Below, piece after piece: positions 32,236 through 41,879 of a DNA stretch of 64,000 nt. The position numbers were made by a program, and so were the translations under genes. The notes beneath the pieces were generated by a model that worked only from the letters and a program-made list of their open reading frames with translations, was not told the DNA's origin and ran no database searches. Source of the DNA: an uncultured delta proteobacterium (GTDB taxonomy: Bacteria; Desulfobacterota; Desulfobacteria; Desulfobacterales; Desulfatirhabdiaceae); NCBI GenBank assembly GCA_963789395.1, contig CAWBKP010000024.1, forward strand, positions 64,001 to 128,000. Direction: 5' to 3'. Numbering within the stretch: position 1 is the stretch's first letter; each line of letters starts with the position of its first letter.

Positions 32236-33351
32236 ATGCTTGAAGGATCCGGTGTCAAGAAACTGTTTGCAAACAACTGGGAAAAAATGGCGCTATGGGC
32301 GATTCTCATCGGGCTGTTTTATCTTCTGAAGCCTTTTTTCCTGCTGATATTCGAGACGTTTCTGATCACATACGGCACGAGGGTCGTCATTCAATGGGCG
32401 GTGGGGCGCCTGAAGATAAACTACCGGCTGGCAGCGGTGATCGTTTTCGTTCTGTTCGTGACGCTGCTCGGAGCAGCCAGCGCCTGGATCGCGCCCAAAC
32501 TCATTATCGAGTCCAACCGCATCGTAAAGGATTTTACAGGCAGCGGCGATCAGCAGACCCGGGAGAAGATCAACAAATTTGTCGAGAGCGTAATCGTAAA
32601 GGCTGTCGGAGAAGAAAAGGCCAAAACCGTCATCAAATCCGAGGAATATACCGCAATGATGGAGGTTTTGAAGACCGAGTCAACAAAGGCTATTAAAGCG
32701 GCATTGCCGCAGGTTCTTGAAACGCTTCTTCACCTGGTCAAGCTCTGCTGGGAGATTCTGTTCACATTGATTCTCGCCATTATTTTTTCATTCATTCTGG
32801 TCATGGACTGGCAGAGAATCGCCGGTAAAATGAAGGAACTGGAAAAGAGCCGGATTCGATCCTTTTATATCGGTGCGGCGCCACATCTGCATGCCTTTGG
32901 AAATATTCTTGGGAAGGCTTTTACCGCCCAGGCAATTATTGCAACCTGCAACACACTGCTGACCGCAGCCGGCATCTGGTTCTTTCAGGTGCCGAACATC
33001 GCGCTGATCATGACCGTCGTCTTTCTCTGCGGTTTCATTCCCATTCTGGGAACCTTCCTGAGTTCCATTCCGATCATAATCTTTGGAATTCAGGCAGGCG
33101 GGGTTTTGCTGGTTTTTAAGCTTCTGGCACTGATAGCCATCGTTCACGCTTTTGAGGCCTATGTGCTCAATCCGAAGATCACGGGAAACGTTTTGCATGT
33201 GCATCCGATTCTGGTGCTGGTTCTGCTGCTGGTCGGAGAGCGTTTTTTCGGCATCTGGGGAATGGTTGTGGGCGTTCCCATCGGGTACTATGTCATCAGC
33301 GTTCTGACAATGAAAGATGAAAGTCTTGCGGCTGCAGATCCCGTGCTGTGA
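32236..33351 (+). CDS. AI-2E (UPF0118/PerM) family transporter
   Basis: Multi-TM protein with FIPILG, EAYVLNPKI, VHPILV and GIWGMVVGVP. Confidence 0.88.
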   Translation: MLEGSGVKKLFANNWEKMALWAILIGLFYLLKPFFLLIFETFLITYGTRVVIQWAVGRLKINYRLAAVIVFVLFVTLLGAASAWIAPKLIIESNRIVKDFTGSGDQQTREKINKFVESVIVKAVGEEKAKTVIKSEEYTAMMEVLKTESTKAIKAALPQVLETLLHLVKLCWEILFTLILAIIFSFILVMDWQRIAGKMKELEKSRIRSFYIGAAPHLHAFGNILGKAFTAQAIIATCNTLLTAAGIWFFQVPNIALIMTVVFLCGFIPILGTFLSSIPIIIFGIQAGGVLLVFKLLALIAIVHAFEAYVLNPKITGNVLHVHPILVLVLLLVGERFFGIWGMVVGVPIGYYVISVLTMKDESLAAADPVL

Positions 33352-33505
33352 GAACGCATCCACGTCACAATGCTCAACACCGCGTGTTATCAACAATGGG
33401 TGTTAAGTCGGTTAGACATCGGAATTCAGAATGAATTTCCGATTTTCCCTGAGCGGACTTTCCATTCAATTAAAATCTATGAGAAATACGGTTTAAGGCA
33501 GGCGC

Positions 33506-35264
33506 ATGGCAAAGGCAGCATCCATTGTTTTTCCGTTTTTACGCTGGTTGCCCCAAGGTTACCGGACGATCCCTGCGGTCCGATCTTTTGGCAGGCATTA
33601 CCGGGGCCATCATCGTGCTGCCCCAGGGCGTGGCGTTTGCCACCATTGCCGGACTGCCGCCTGAATATGGTCTCTATGCGGCCATGGTTCCGGTTCTGGT
33701 CGCTGCCTTGTTCGGGTCCTCGTTTCACCTTGTTTCCGGGCCGACAACCGCCATTTCCCTGGTCGTCTTTTCCAATATCAGCAAGCTGGCCGTTCCCTTT
33801 GGCCCGGAGTATATTCATCTGGTGCTGACCTTGACCTTCCTGACCGGTATTTTCCAGCTCGTCTTGGGCGCCGCCCGGCTCGGCGGCGTGGTGAATTTCG
33901 TCTCCCACTCGGTAGTGGTGGGATTTACCGCTGGAGCTGCCGTCCTGATTGCAACCAGCCAGATGGGTCATTTTTTTGGGCTGGCTCTGCCGAAAAGCGT
34001 CTCGTTTTTATCGACCTTGATTGATGTGATAGATGCCCTGCCGGCTATCAATCCTTATGTGACTTCAGTTGCAGTGACAACGCTCGTTGTTGCGGCCGCC
34101 ATCAAGTCCTGGCGACCCCATGCGCCGGCCCTGATGGCGGCGATGATTGTCGGCGGTTTGCTGACAGAAATTATTGACGGCGCAGACCACGGCATGAGGC
34201 TTGTCGGGGCATTGCCGGAGCGTTTGCCGCCGCTGTCTCTGCCGAATATTACGCTTGCAGCCATACATGATCTGGTGCCCTGCGCCATGGCAGTGGCCAT
34301 GCTTGGCCTGGCCGAAGCGGTTTCCATCGCCAGGGCCGTAGCGGTCCGTTCCAATCAGAGCATCGACAACAGCCAGGAATTTATCGGCCAGGGGCTGGCG
34401 AACATCGCCGGCAGTTTTTTTTCCGCCTATGTTGGTTCGGGATCATTTACCCGAACCGGAGTCAATTACGAGGCCGGAGCCAAAACTCCTCTGGCCGCTG
34501 CTTTTTCAGCGCTTTTTCTCGTCCTGGTCCTGCTTCTTGTGGCCCCGCTGACAGCATATCTGCCACTGGCTTCGATGGCCGGTGTCATTCTTCTGGTCGC
34601 CTGGCACCTCATCGACTTCGGCAGCATCCGTCGCATCATGGGTACGGATCGCAGTGAAGCCGCCGTTCTGATCCTGACATTTATGGCAACCCTTTTTGTC
34701 CAGCTTGAATTTGCCATATATGCAGGCGTTATCCTCTCGCTCCTGCTCTATCTTCGGCGAACCTCCCATCCCCATTTTATCACCCTGGCCATTGATCCGA
34801 CTGACAGGCGCCGCCGCCTTGTCAACATCCGGGATATGCCTTGTAAGGAATGTCCCCAGTTAAAAATCCTTCGGCTTGACGGCTCCATTTTCTTCGGCGC
34901 GGTGAATCACATCAGCGAAGAACTGCACCACATCATCGATGCCAGTCCGGAACAGTTTCACATCCTCATCGTCGGCAGCGGGATCAACTTTATGGATGCG
35001 GCCGGCTGTCATATGATTTTTCATGAGAACCGGAGTCTCCGGCTGCAAGGCCGCGAGATTTCCCTGTGTTCGCTGAAGCCGGAAGTACTTGACATGCTGA
35101 AGCGGGGCGGATGTCTCGAAAATATGGGCCCCGAACACATTTTTTCATCCAAGGATGAGGCCATTCAGTCCATCGTGTTCCGTCTGGATCCCGAGCGGTG
35201 CGCCGGGTGCACGGTCAGGATTTTTGCCGAATGCGCTAAGCGGCCAGGGGGCGATGCGGTTTGA
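33506..35264 (+). CDS. SulP family anion permease with STAS domain
   Basis: PQGVAFATIAGLPPEYGLY, GPT, GSFTRT and the STAS motif DGSIFFG. Probable true start is MAKAASIVFPFLRWLP at 33506 with an indel near 33552. Confidence 0.92.
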
Positions 35265-35458
35265 GCTATACCCCGGTACCCTGAACATCCGAGAATCCAG
35301 GTCTGTAAAGGTAAGATTGCCGTCCGGATTGAAATATCCGTGGTTTGAATATTCAAGACATGCTATATTATTTTGTAAAAACACATCGCGGCGATGGGCC
35401 GGTGGAACTGAATATGGTTTACGGCTTATCATAAACATTTACAAAATCGGAGACAATA

Positions 35459-35740
35459 ATGAGCAAAGCTACAGCACGTCACATTCTGGTAAAGACTCAG
35501 GAACAATGCATTGATATCAAGAATCAGATCGACAAAGGATCTGATTTTGCAGATATGGCCCAAAAACATTCACTCTGTCCGTCTGGAAAGCAGGGAGGGG
35601 CATTGGGAGAATTTTATCCGGGTCAGATGGTGCCGGAATTCGATAAAGTCGTCTTCAGCGAGGAAATCGGCACAGTCCATGGTCCGGTTCAGACCCAGTT
35701 CGGATACCACCTGATTGAAATCACCAGCCGAAGCGCGTAA
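35459..35740 (+). CDS. ppiC: Parvulin-type peptidyl-prolyl cis-trans isomerase
   Basis: Motifs ARHILV, HSLCPSGKQGGALG, QMVPEFD and TQFGYHLI. Confidence 0.93.
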   Translation: MSKATARHILVKTQEQCIDIKNQIDKGSDFADMAQKHSLCPSGKQGGALGEFYPGQMVPEFDKVVFSEEIGTVHGPVQTQFGYHLIEITSRSA

Positions 35741-35750
35741 TCAAGTGTCA

Positions 35751-35778
35751 CGGGCAACACATTGTGGGGTGTTGCCCG
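35751..35778. terminator. Hairpin between convergent ppiC and the microprotein gene
   Basis: CGGGCAACAC-N8-GTGTTGCCCG. Confidence 0.65.
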
Positions 35779-35787
35779 ATTGTTGAT

Positions 35788-35892
35788 TCAGGCTTTGTTC
35801 TTGTTTTTTTCTATTTTTTCCTGTTTCTTTTCTTTAGTCGTTTTCTGTGGTTTTTTCTTGTCGCTCTTCCGGATGTCCTTTGATTTTGACAT
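35788..35892 (-). CDS. 34-aa lysine-rich microprotein (not in the ORF track)
   Basis: Translates as MSKSKDIRKSDKKKPQKTTKEKKQEKIEKNKNKA. AGGAGG lies 4 nt before the ATG and a hairpin follows the stop. Confidence 0.7.
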   Translation of the reverse strand: MSKSKDIRKSDKKKPQKTTKEKKQEKIEKNKNKA

Positions 35893-36078
35893 ACTGCCTC
35901 CTATTTTTTTCTGCCATTCAATGCAATGATTGAGCGCCTCAATCTGAATCAACTGATGAATATTGATTCAGGTCGGCATTATATATTCCCATATTGAAAT
36001 CAAGAAAAGAAAAAAATCAATTTCTTGACATGAAAAAGCCGTTGCGTCGCTTGTTATCGCGGATCGGCAATCCGGTTC

Positions 36079-38211
36079 CTATTTGGATGTCATCACCCAC
36101 ACCCCTTGCCAGCTTTCCGGAGGAGATGCCGCGTAATGACGGCATTTGTCCAGATAACTGGCTGCCGCTGGATCCTTACCGGCGATGGATGCGAACCGCT
36201 TTGCGGCTTCCGTAAAATTGCCGGCGTAAAACAGCCCAAGTCCCATTTCGAAAACCTCCAGCGCGGGTTTACGGTTTTCATAGGTGTCGGGCAACATCGG
36301 CTCATAGACGGTGATGGGTTCCTTGCGGCCGATGACAGCCAGTCGGGCGATTTCACGCGCCGGATAAGCCGATCCGATTTCCTGACGGGTGGACTCGGAG
36401 ATCATGACATAAGTGCCGAATGCTTTGTTGGCGCCTTCAAGCCGGGCTGCCAGGTTGACGGAATCCCCCAGCATCGTGTAGTCGAAACGGCTGTGGGAAC
36501 CCATGTTGCCGACGACTGCAGATCCCGTGTGAATGCCGATCCGCATCTTTAGATCTCTGCCAGCGTGTTTATTAAACTGCGGATTCAAGACAGCCAGCCG
36601 TTCCTGGCAGCGTAGCGCCGCGCGGACCACCCGAAGGGGGTGATCGGTGACCTCAAGCGGCGCATTCCAGAAAGCGATGATGGCATCTCCCTCGAATTTA
36701 TCAACTGTACCGGCTTCTTCGTGAATGATGTCGGTCATGGCTGATAAATATGCGTTCAGCAGGGACGTCAGGTCTTCCGGGTCCAATTTCTCGGAAATGG
36801 TGGTGAACCCTTCCAGATCGGAAAAAAAGATGGACAGGATCCGCCTCTCCCCGCCAAGACGCAACCGTTCGGGATGCAAAATGAGCTGGTCGATCACTGC
36901 AGGGGACAGGTATTGCTTGAATGCGCCCTGTATAAACCGTTTTTGACGCCCTTCCGTGGCATAATTGATGACAAAAACCAGAAAAAGCGCACCTCCCGTT
37001 GCGATCTCCGGGGCAACCAGGGGCAGGGACCACCCGGTCGCGTACCCGCCCAGCGCGGCAATCACCGGCAAAGTCAGAAAAATGAGGCTTACCAGGACAT
37101 GCCCGAGCGGGCTGCTGAAAACAGAACCGGCCATGCCTGCAACCAGTGCCAAGACCAAAGCAGCGGCCATCCACACGGCAGTCGGGCATTGACGGATGAA
37201 ATTTCCGGACAGCAGGTTGTCCAGGATGGCAGCCTGAATCTCCACGCCCGGGGTGATCCCGTCCACGGGCGTTGGGCGAAGATCAAACAAACCGGGAGCC
37301 GTGAATCCGAACAGAACGAATTTATCACGGAAAGCCCCTGAATCATCAATGGTGGGCTGTTGACCGGAGCTGAGCCGTAGTTCGGATTGAATCACGGCTG
37401 CTGCGCTGAAACTGCGATAGGTTCCGGCAGGTCCGCTGAACCGGAGGATGGCGTCTGCGTCGGTTGAAAGGGGGATGGCCCGGTCCCCGATTGACAGATG
37501 GCCAGCTCCGATGCTGACGGTCGTTGATGGATATGCAGCTAGATATGCCCCAAGGCCAAGGGACGGCATCAGGCGCCCGTCGAACATCGCTGCAATGGTT
37601 GCCTTGCGGTAGATGCCGTCAACATCCGGATTCATCTGGGTGTTGCACAGCACGGTCATGGCACGGGCAAGCTCGGGTATGGGGAAAGTGGCGTGCGGAA
37701 AGACAGGTGGATTTGGACCGATATCATTTGGCAGGATTACGGGAAAGACAGGTTCCGGTGTTCCATCGGGCCAGGCAGTCAGGCTGCCGGTTTCGATGCC
37801 GAGAGCCACCGCGCCGGCAGTTCGGCCATAGTCGGTCAGTGCCCTGGCAAGGACGGCATCATCTGCAACACCATAGGCCGAGGGTTCGGTAAAGAGGACA
37901 TCCACTGCCAGGGACCGGGCGCCCTGGCGCTGGCAGTATGCGATGATGGCGGCATAAACTTCCCTGGGCCAGGGCCAGCTGAGGCCATTTTCCTTCTGAG
38001 CCCAGTCCAGGCTGGCCTGGTCCAGGAGGATCAGGGTGATCTGATCGCTTTCCGGGCTTGGCCTGGCCAGGATTTTGGCGCGCCAGTCCCAGGTGATGGC
38101 TTCCCAGCGGACCAGAGCTCCGGCAGCCCATAACCCGGCTGCCAGGGCAGCTCCGGCCAAACCCGATGCCAGCCCCAGAAGCAGTTTTCGGGTAAAGGGG
38201 GAAAAACGCAT
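36079..38211 (-). CDS. CHASE2-domain class III adenylate cyclase
   Basis: CHASE2 motifs (WPWPR, DVLF.EP, D.DG..R, PGVEIQA), three TMs, then cyclase motifs FSDLEGFT, DKFEGDA and DYTMLGDSVNLAARLE. Confidence 0.93.
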   Translation of the reverse strand: MRFSPFTRKLLLGLASGLAGAALAAGLWAAGALVRWEAITWDWRAKILARPSPESDQITLILLDQASLDWAQKENGLSWPWPREVYAAIIAYCQRQGARSLAVDVLFTEPSAYGVADDAVLARALTDYGRTAGAVALGIETGSLTAWPDGTPEPVFPVILPNDIGPNPPVFPHATFPIPELARAMTVLCNTQMNPDVDGIYRKATIAAMFDGRLMPSLGLGAYLAAYPSTTVSIGAGHLSIGDRAIPLSTDADAILRFSGPAGTYRSFSAAAVIQSELRLSSGQQPTIDDSGAFRDKFVLFGFTAPGLFDLRPTPVDGITPGVEIQAAILDNLLSGNFIRQCPTAVWMAAALVLALVAGMAGSVFSSPLGHVLVSLIFLTLPVIAALGGYATGWSLPLVAPEIATGGALFLVFVINYATEGRQKRFIQGAFKQYLSPAVIDQLILHPERLRLGGERRILSIFFSDLEGFTTISEKLDPEDLTSLLNAYLSAMTDIIHEEAGTVDKFEGDAIIAFWNAPLEVTDHPLRVVRAALRCQERLAVLNPQFNKHAGRDLKMRIGIHTGSAVVGNMGSHSRFDYTMLGDSVNLAARLEGANKAFGTYVMISESTRQEIGSAYPAREIARLAVIGRKEPITVYEPMLPDTYENRKPALEVFEMGLGLFYAGNFTEAAKRFASIAGKDPAAASYLDKCRHYAASPPESWQGVWVMTSK

Positions 38212-38212
38212 C

Positions 38213-39163
38213 TCAGACGTGTTTCATGGCTGTTTGAAAACGCTTCTGGCGCGCCTTGTTTTCCATGACGGGCGAGGCAGATCCAATGAGCGGTTCTATT
38301 TCCGAGATCCTGCTTTCCGGGCTGGGATGGGTGCTGGCAAAGTCCGGCCGATCAGCAACCAGTTTCGTCTTCATGGTCTCCAGCATATCCACCAGACCCT
38401 CGGGGTTATAACCCACCCGTCGCATGAGTATTACCGCCGTTTCGTCGGCCTCTTCCTCATAGGCTCTGGAATATCCCGAATTGATCAGAGTCTGGGTAAT
38501 GTCGTTGATGGAACCTTCAAAAGCCTTGGTCAGATTGGCCAATTCCTGGCCGCCTAAGGTTTTTGCGCTTTCAGCCCCTATGATGAGAAGCGCCTGGGTG
38601 ATGCGGGAATTTTGTATGGCCCTCAGCCCGTGTTTGCCCTGAACATGTCCGATTTCGTGTGCCAATACCGCGGCGACAGCCGTCTCGTTGGAACAGCATT
38701 CCAGGATACCGCGGGTCACAAAGATCAGTCCGCCGGGAGCAGCCAGAGCGTTTATTTCATGTGAATCCAATATCAGAAAATGATATCCGGCAAAGGTTTC
38801 CGGCATGTCTGATGCCCGTGCCAGGGTTTGACCCACCTGATTCATGTAATGGTTGGCAGCGGCATCCGGATAGGCGGGATATTTATCCAGGATCACGGCG
38901 CCGATGCTTCGCCCGATGTAGTATTCCTGCTGGGGAGTGATATCTTCAACTGACTTGCTGACTGCAGTTGTGGTCTTCACGATGGAGTCGGCGTGATCCT
39001 GGGTGATCAGGCCGGTCGCAGTACCTATCTCGGTTCCGACCCGGGTGACTTCCTCAAGCGCCCTGCATCCGGTCAGGACAGCAGGCAAAAATGATCCTGC
39101 ACCCAGGGCAACCGACCACCTGGCTGCATTCTGTAGGAATTTCCGTCGATCCTGAAGGTTCAT
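38213..39163 (-). CDS. M48 family metallopeptidase, Tat lipoprotein
   Basis: Twin-arginine RRKFL, lipobox LTGC, INALAAPGG, HEIGH, EEEAD and THP. Confidence 0.9.
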   Translation of the reverse strand: MNLQDRRKFLQNAARWSVALGAGSFLPAVLTGCRALEEVTRVGTEIGTATGLITQDHADSIVKTTTAVSKSVEDITPQQEYYIGRSIGAVILDKYPAYPDAAANHYMNQVGQTLARASDMPETFAGYHFLILDSHEINALAAPGGLIFVTRGILECCSNETAVAAVLAHEIGHVQGKHGLRAIQNSRITQALLIIGAESAKTLGGQELANLTKAFEGSINDITQTLINSGYSRAYEEEADETAVILMRRVGYNPEGLVDMLETMKTKLVADRPDFASTHPSPESRISEIEPLIGSASPVMENKARQKRFQTAMKHV

Positions 39164-39592
39164 AGCGCACCTCCCGCGGGCGACAAGTCCCCCTCCTTGA
39201 GAAATTGACGAATTTCCTGATCGGTAATGACGTACTTCTCCATGCGGTCAACCCAGGTGAAATTCAAATTGGGGTGGTTATGTCTTGAATTCCTTCTCGA
39301 CATCGGCGCTGAACCCCTTCCCGGCCAGGGCTACCTCTTTCTGGGAGGCGGTCTTGCGGACATCGGCACTTCCGGAACGCAGAACGATTTCCTTTTCAGT
39401 CAGTGCCGAGCTGTGAATCCATCCGGTCAGCTGCCCCCCTTTGGCAGAGACAAAAAACCACGGATCCTGCTGTTTGATTACAGTAACCGACTCGCCATAG
39501 GCAACCGATCCGAGAACTTTCCCCAGAAAGGACGGATCAGCCCGAAGTTTTCCGTCCTGAATTTGAACGTTCATCTTTTGGTTTAGAGCCAT
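39160..39592 (-). CDS. SH3-like domain protein (frameshift near 39280)
   Basis: LRADPSFLGK..YGESV..W...GWIH and ALAGKGF. The shifted frame continues NHPNLNFTWVDRME to a TGA overlapping the M48 ATG. Confidence 0.75.
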
Positions 39593-39603
39593 GAGATATC
39601 TCC

Positions 39604-39819
39604 TTATACGTCACATTTGACTTCCTGCGTGGAACCCGGACCTGCCAAAGGTCTGAAACACTTTTTACTGGCCCCGCAGATCGGGCACTTCCACGCATCA
39701 TGCAAATCTTCAAAACGGGTTCCCTTGGCAATCTTTCCTTTTTTGTCACCCTTGTCCGGATTGTAGATATAGCCGCAGTTGACAGTCTGGCACTGCCACA
39801 TGTCTTCTGGATTTGCCAT
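39604..39819 (-). CDS. Rubredoxin (C-x4-C / C-x2-C type)
   Basis: [15 protein letters not shown]...GT.FEDL...[16 protein letters not shown]. Confidence 0.92.
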   Translation of the reverse strand: MANPEDMWQCQTVNCGYIYNPDKGDKKGKIAKGTRFEDLHDAWKCPICGASKKCFRPLAGPGSTQEVKCDV

Positions 39820-39890
39820 GGTTTTTCTCCTTGTCTGTTTTGTCTGTTATATCCTGTCAATGTATTTCATAGCCGACATTTCGCTTCTCT

Positions 39891-41879
39891 TCAATGAATT
39901 TTTTCCATCTGGTTCAACATGTAGTAAAATCCGTTTCGTGACATCAACGACTCATGGGTTCCGGATTCGATGATCCGGCCTTTCTTCATTACCAGAATCT
40001 GATTCGCCAGCCTGGCGGTGGACAGCCGATGTGCTATGATAATGGCGGTTCTTCCTGTCATTAGATTGACCAGGGCTTTCTGGATTTTCTGCTCGGTCTG
40101 GGAGTCGATATAGGAGGTGGCCTCATCCAGGATAATCAACTCCGGATTTCGGGCAAACGCCCTTGCGATGGAAATGAGCTGCCGCTCTCCGCTCGATATG
40201 GAGGCGCCGCCTTCGGACAAACGCGTGTCCAGCCCATGGGGAAGTCTTCCCACGATTTCTTTGCAGTTGGCTGCCGCTACAACAGCTTCCAGATCGGTAT
40301 CGGTAAGCCCTTTGGCGCCATGCAGAATATTTTCCCGGATGGTTTCGGAAAAGAGAAACGGATCCTGGGTGACGAGTGCGATTCTGGATCTGAGCGTCTC
40401 GGAAGGCATGCTCCGGATATCCCTGCCGTTGACCTGGATCTGACCTGCATCCGGCGTGTAGAAACGGGTGATCAGATTCATCAGGGTGGTTTTCCCGGAC
40501 CCGGTCGGCCCGACAATGGCGAGTGTATCGCCGGCATCCATATGAAAGGATATGTTCTTTAATACCGGCTCGCCCTTGACATAACTAAAGCTGATATCCT
40601 TGGCTTCCAGGGATGAGATACCGGAGAGGGGTTCTTCGGCAGTCGGGGATAACGGCCCAGTTCCATGAAAGACCCGGGGCGCGTCTTTTTCCGTGTTATC
40701 CAGAATTTGAAACAGCCGCTCCGCCGACGACATGGCGTTTTGCAGAATATTGTATTTTTCGGCGATGTCCCGGATGGGCCGAAAAAACATTTTGATATAG
40801 GCGATAAAGGCCGTAAGCGCGCCGATGGTAATCTGGTCCGACAAGACGCGAACGCCGCCGAAATAAATGATAATGGCCACAGCGGTGATTCCCAGAATCT
40901 CGATAACCGGCATGAATAAAGCAAATACATGAACCTGCCGCATGCCGGCCATATAGTATTCGTGATTTGTTTTCTCAAATTTACGATAATTGACGGCTTC
41001 CAGGCGAAAGAGCTGAATGACCTTCATGCCGGTGATGGTTTCGGAAAAGTGGGCGTTGATTTCCGCGGTTTTGGTCCGGATGATGCGAAACGCATCCCTG
41101 GCCTGACTGGAATAGTGAATGGAAAAAAATACGACACCCGGCAGCACCACAAATGCGATCATGGCCAGACGCCAGTTCATGTTGATCAAAATGATCGTAA
41201 TTCCGCCAAGCAGAAATAAATCCTTGAACACAAAGGCAATGACGGATGTAAACATTTCCTGCATGTTCTGAACATCGTTGGTGGTGCGGGTCACCAGCCG
41301 GGCAACAGGATTCTGGTTGAAATAGCTCACCGGCATATCCTGAATATGGGTAAAGAGCTTCATGCGAAAATCGTGCATGATTTTCTGGCCCGTATATTCC
41401 ATGATCACCTGCTGGGAAAAATTGAGAAGAAAATCAAGGACAATGATGCCCAGAAAAATGGCGGCAAGCAGGGAAATACCGGAAAGGTCCTGTTTTCGAA
41501 GGGTCTTCAGATCGTGCGTGGAAAGCTTATCGAGCCGGCTGTATGCAATCACGGCTGTCGAGCCGGAAACGGCGAAAAGTTCCGGATAACGCTGTACAAT
41601 TTCCGCGGCTTCCTTGCCGGCGATATCCACGGTAAGATAACGGGTTTCCGGGGAATGCGACATTTCAATTCCGGTTTTGGGGACAATGTACCGGTCGATG
41701 GCAATCTTGGTGAGATAGGGCAGCGAGAGATCCAGAAGGGTAATGGCCATCGCCATGAGGATTGAAAATGCCAGCATCAGCCGGTAAGGGCTCACATAGG
41801 GATAAAGCTGCCACAGCAGTTTGATATCATGGGACTGATCCAGCTGTTTTTCTTCAAAGAATCCGGCGTTCGTTTGCAT
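39891..41879 (-). CDS. ABC exporter, fused permease/ATPase (MdlB-like half)
   Basis: TMD plus GPTGSGKT, signature ISSGERQ and ILDEATS. Confidence 0.92.
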   Translation of the reverse strand: MQTNAGFFEEKQLDQSHDIKLLWQLYPYVSPYRLMLAFSILMAMAITLLDLSLPYLTKIAIDRYIVPKTGIEMSHSPETRYLTVDIAGKEAAEIVQRYPELFAVSGSTAVIAYSRLDKLSTHDLKTLRKQDLSGISLLAAIFLGIIVLDFLLNFSQQVIMEYTGQKIMHDFRMKLFTHIQDMPVSYFNQNPVARLVTRTTNDVQNMQEMFTSVIAFVFKDLFLLGGITIILINMNWRLAMIAFVVLPGVVFFSIHYSSQARDAFRIIRTKTAEINAHFSETITGMKVIQLFRLEAVNYRKFEKTNHEYYMAGMRQVHVFALFMPVIEILGITAVAIIIYFGGVRVLSDQITIGALTAFIAYIKMFFRPIRDIAEKYNILQNAMSSAERLFQILDNTEKDAPRVFHGTGPLSPTAEEPLSGISSLEAKDISFSYVKGEPVLKNISFHMDAGDTLAIVGPTGSGKTTLMNLITRFYTPDAGQIQVNGRDIRSMPSETLRSRIALVTQDPFLFSETIRENILHGAKGLTDTDLEAVVAAANCKEIVGRLPHGLDTRLSEGGASISSGERQLISIARAFARNPELIILDEATSYIDSQTEQKIQKALVNLMTGRTAIIIAHRLSTARLANQILVMKKGRIIESGTHESLMSRNGFYYMLNQMEKIH

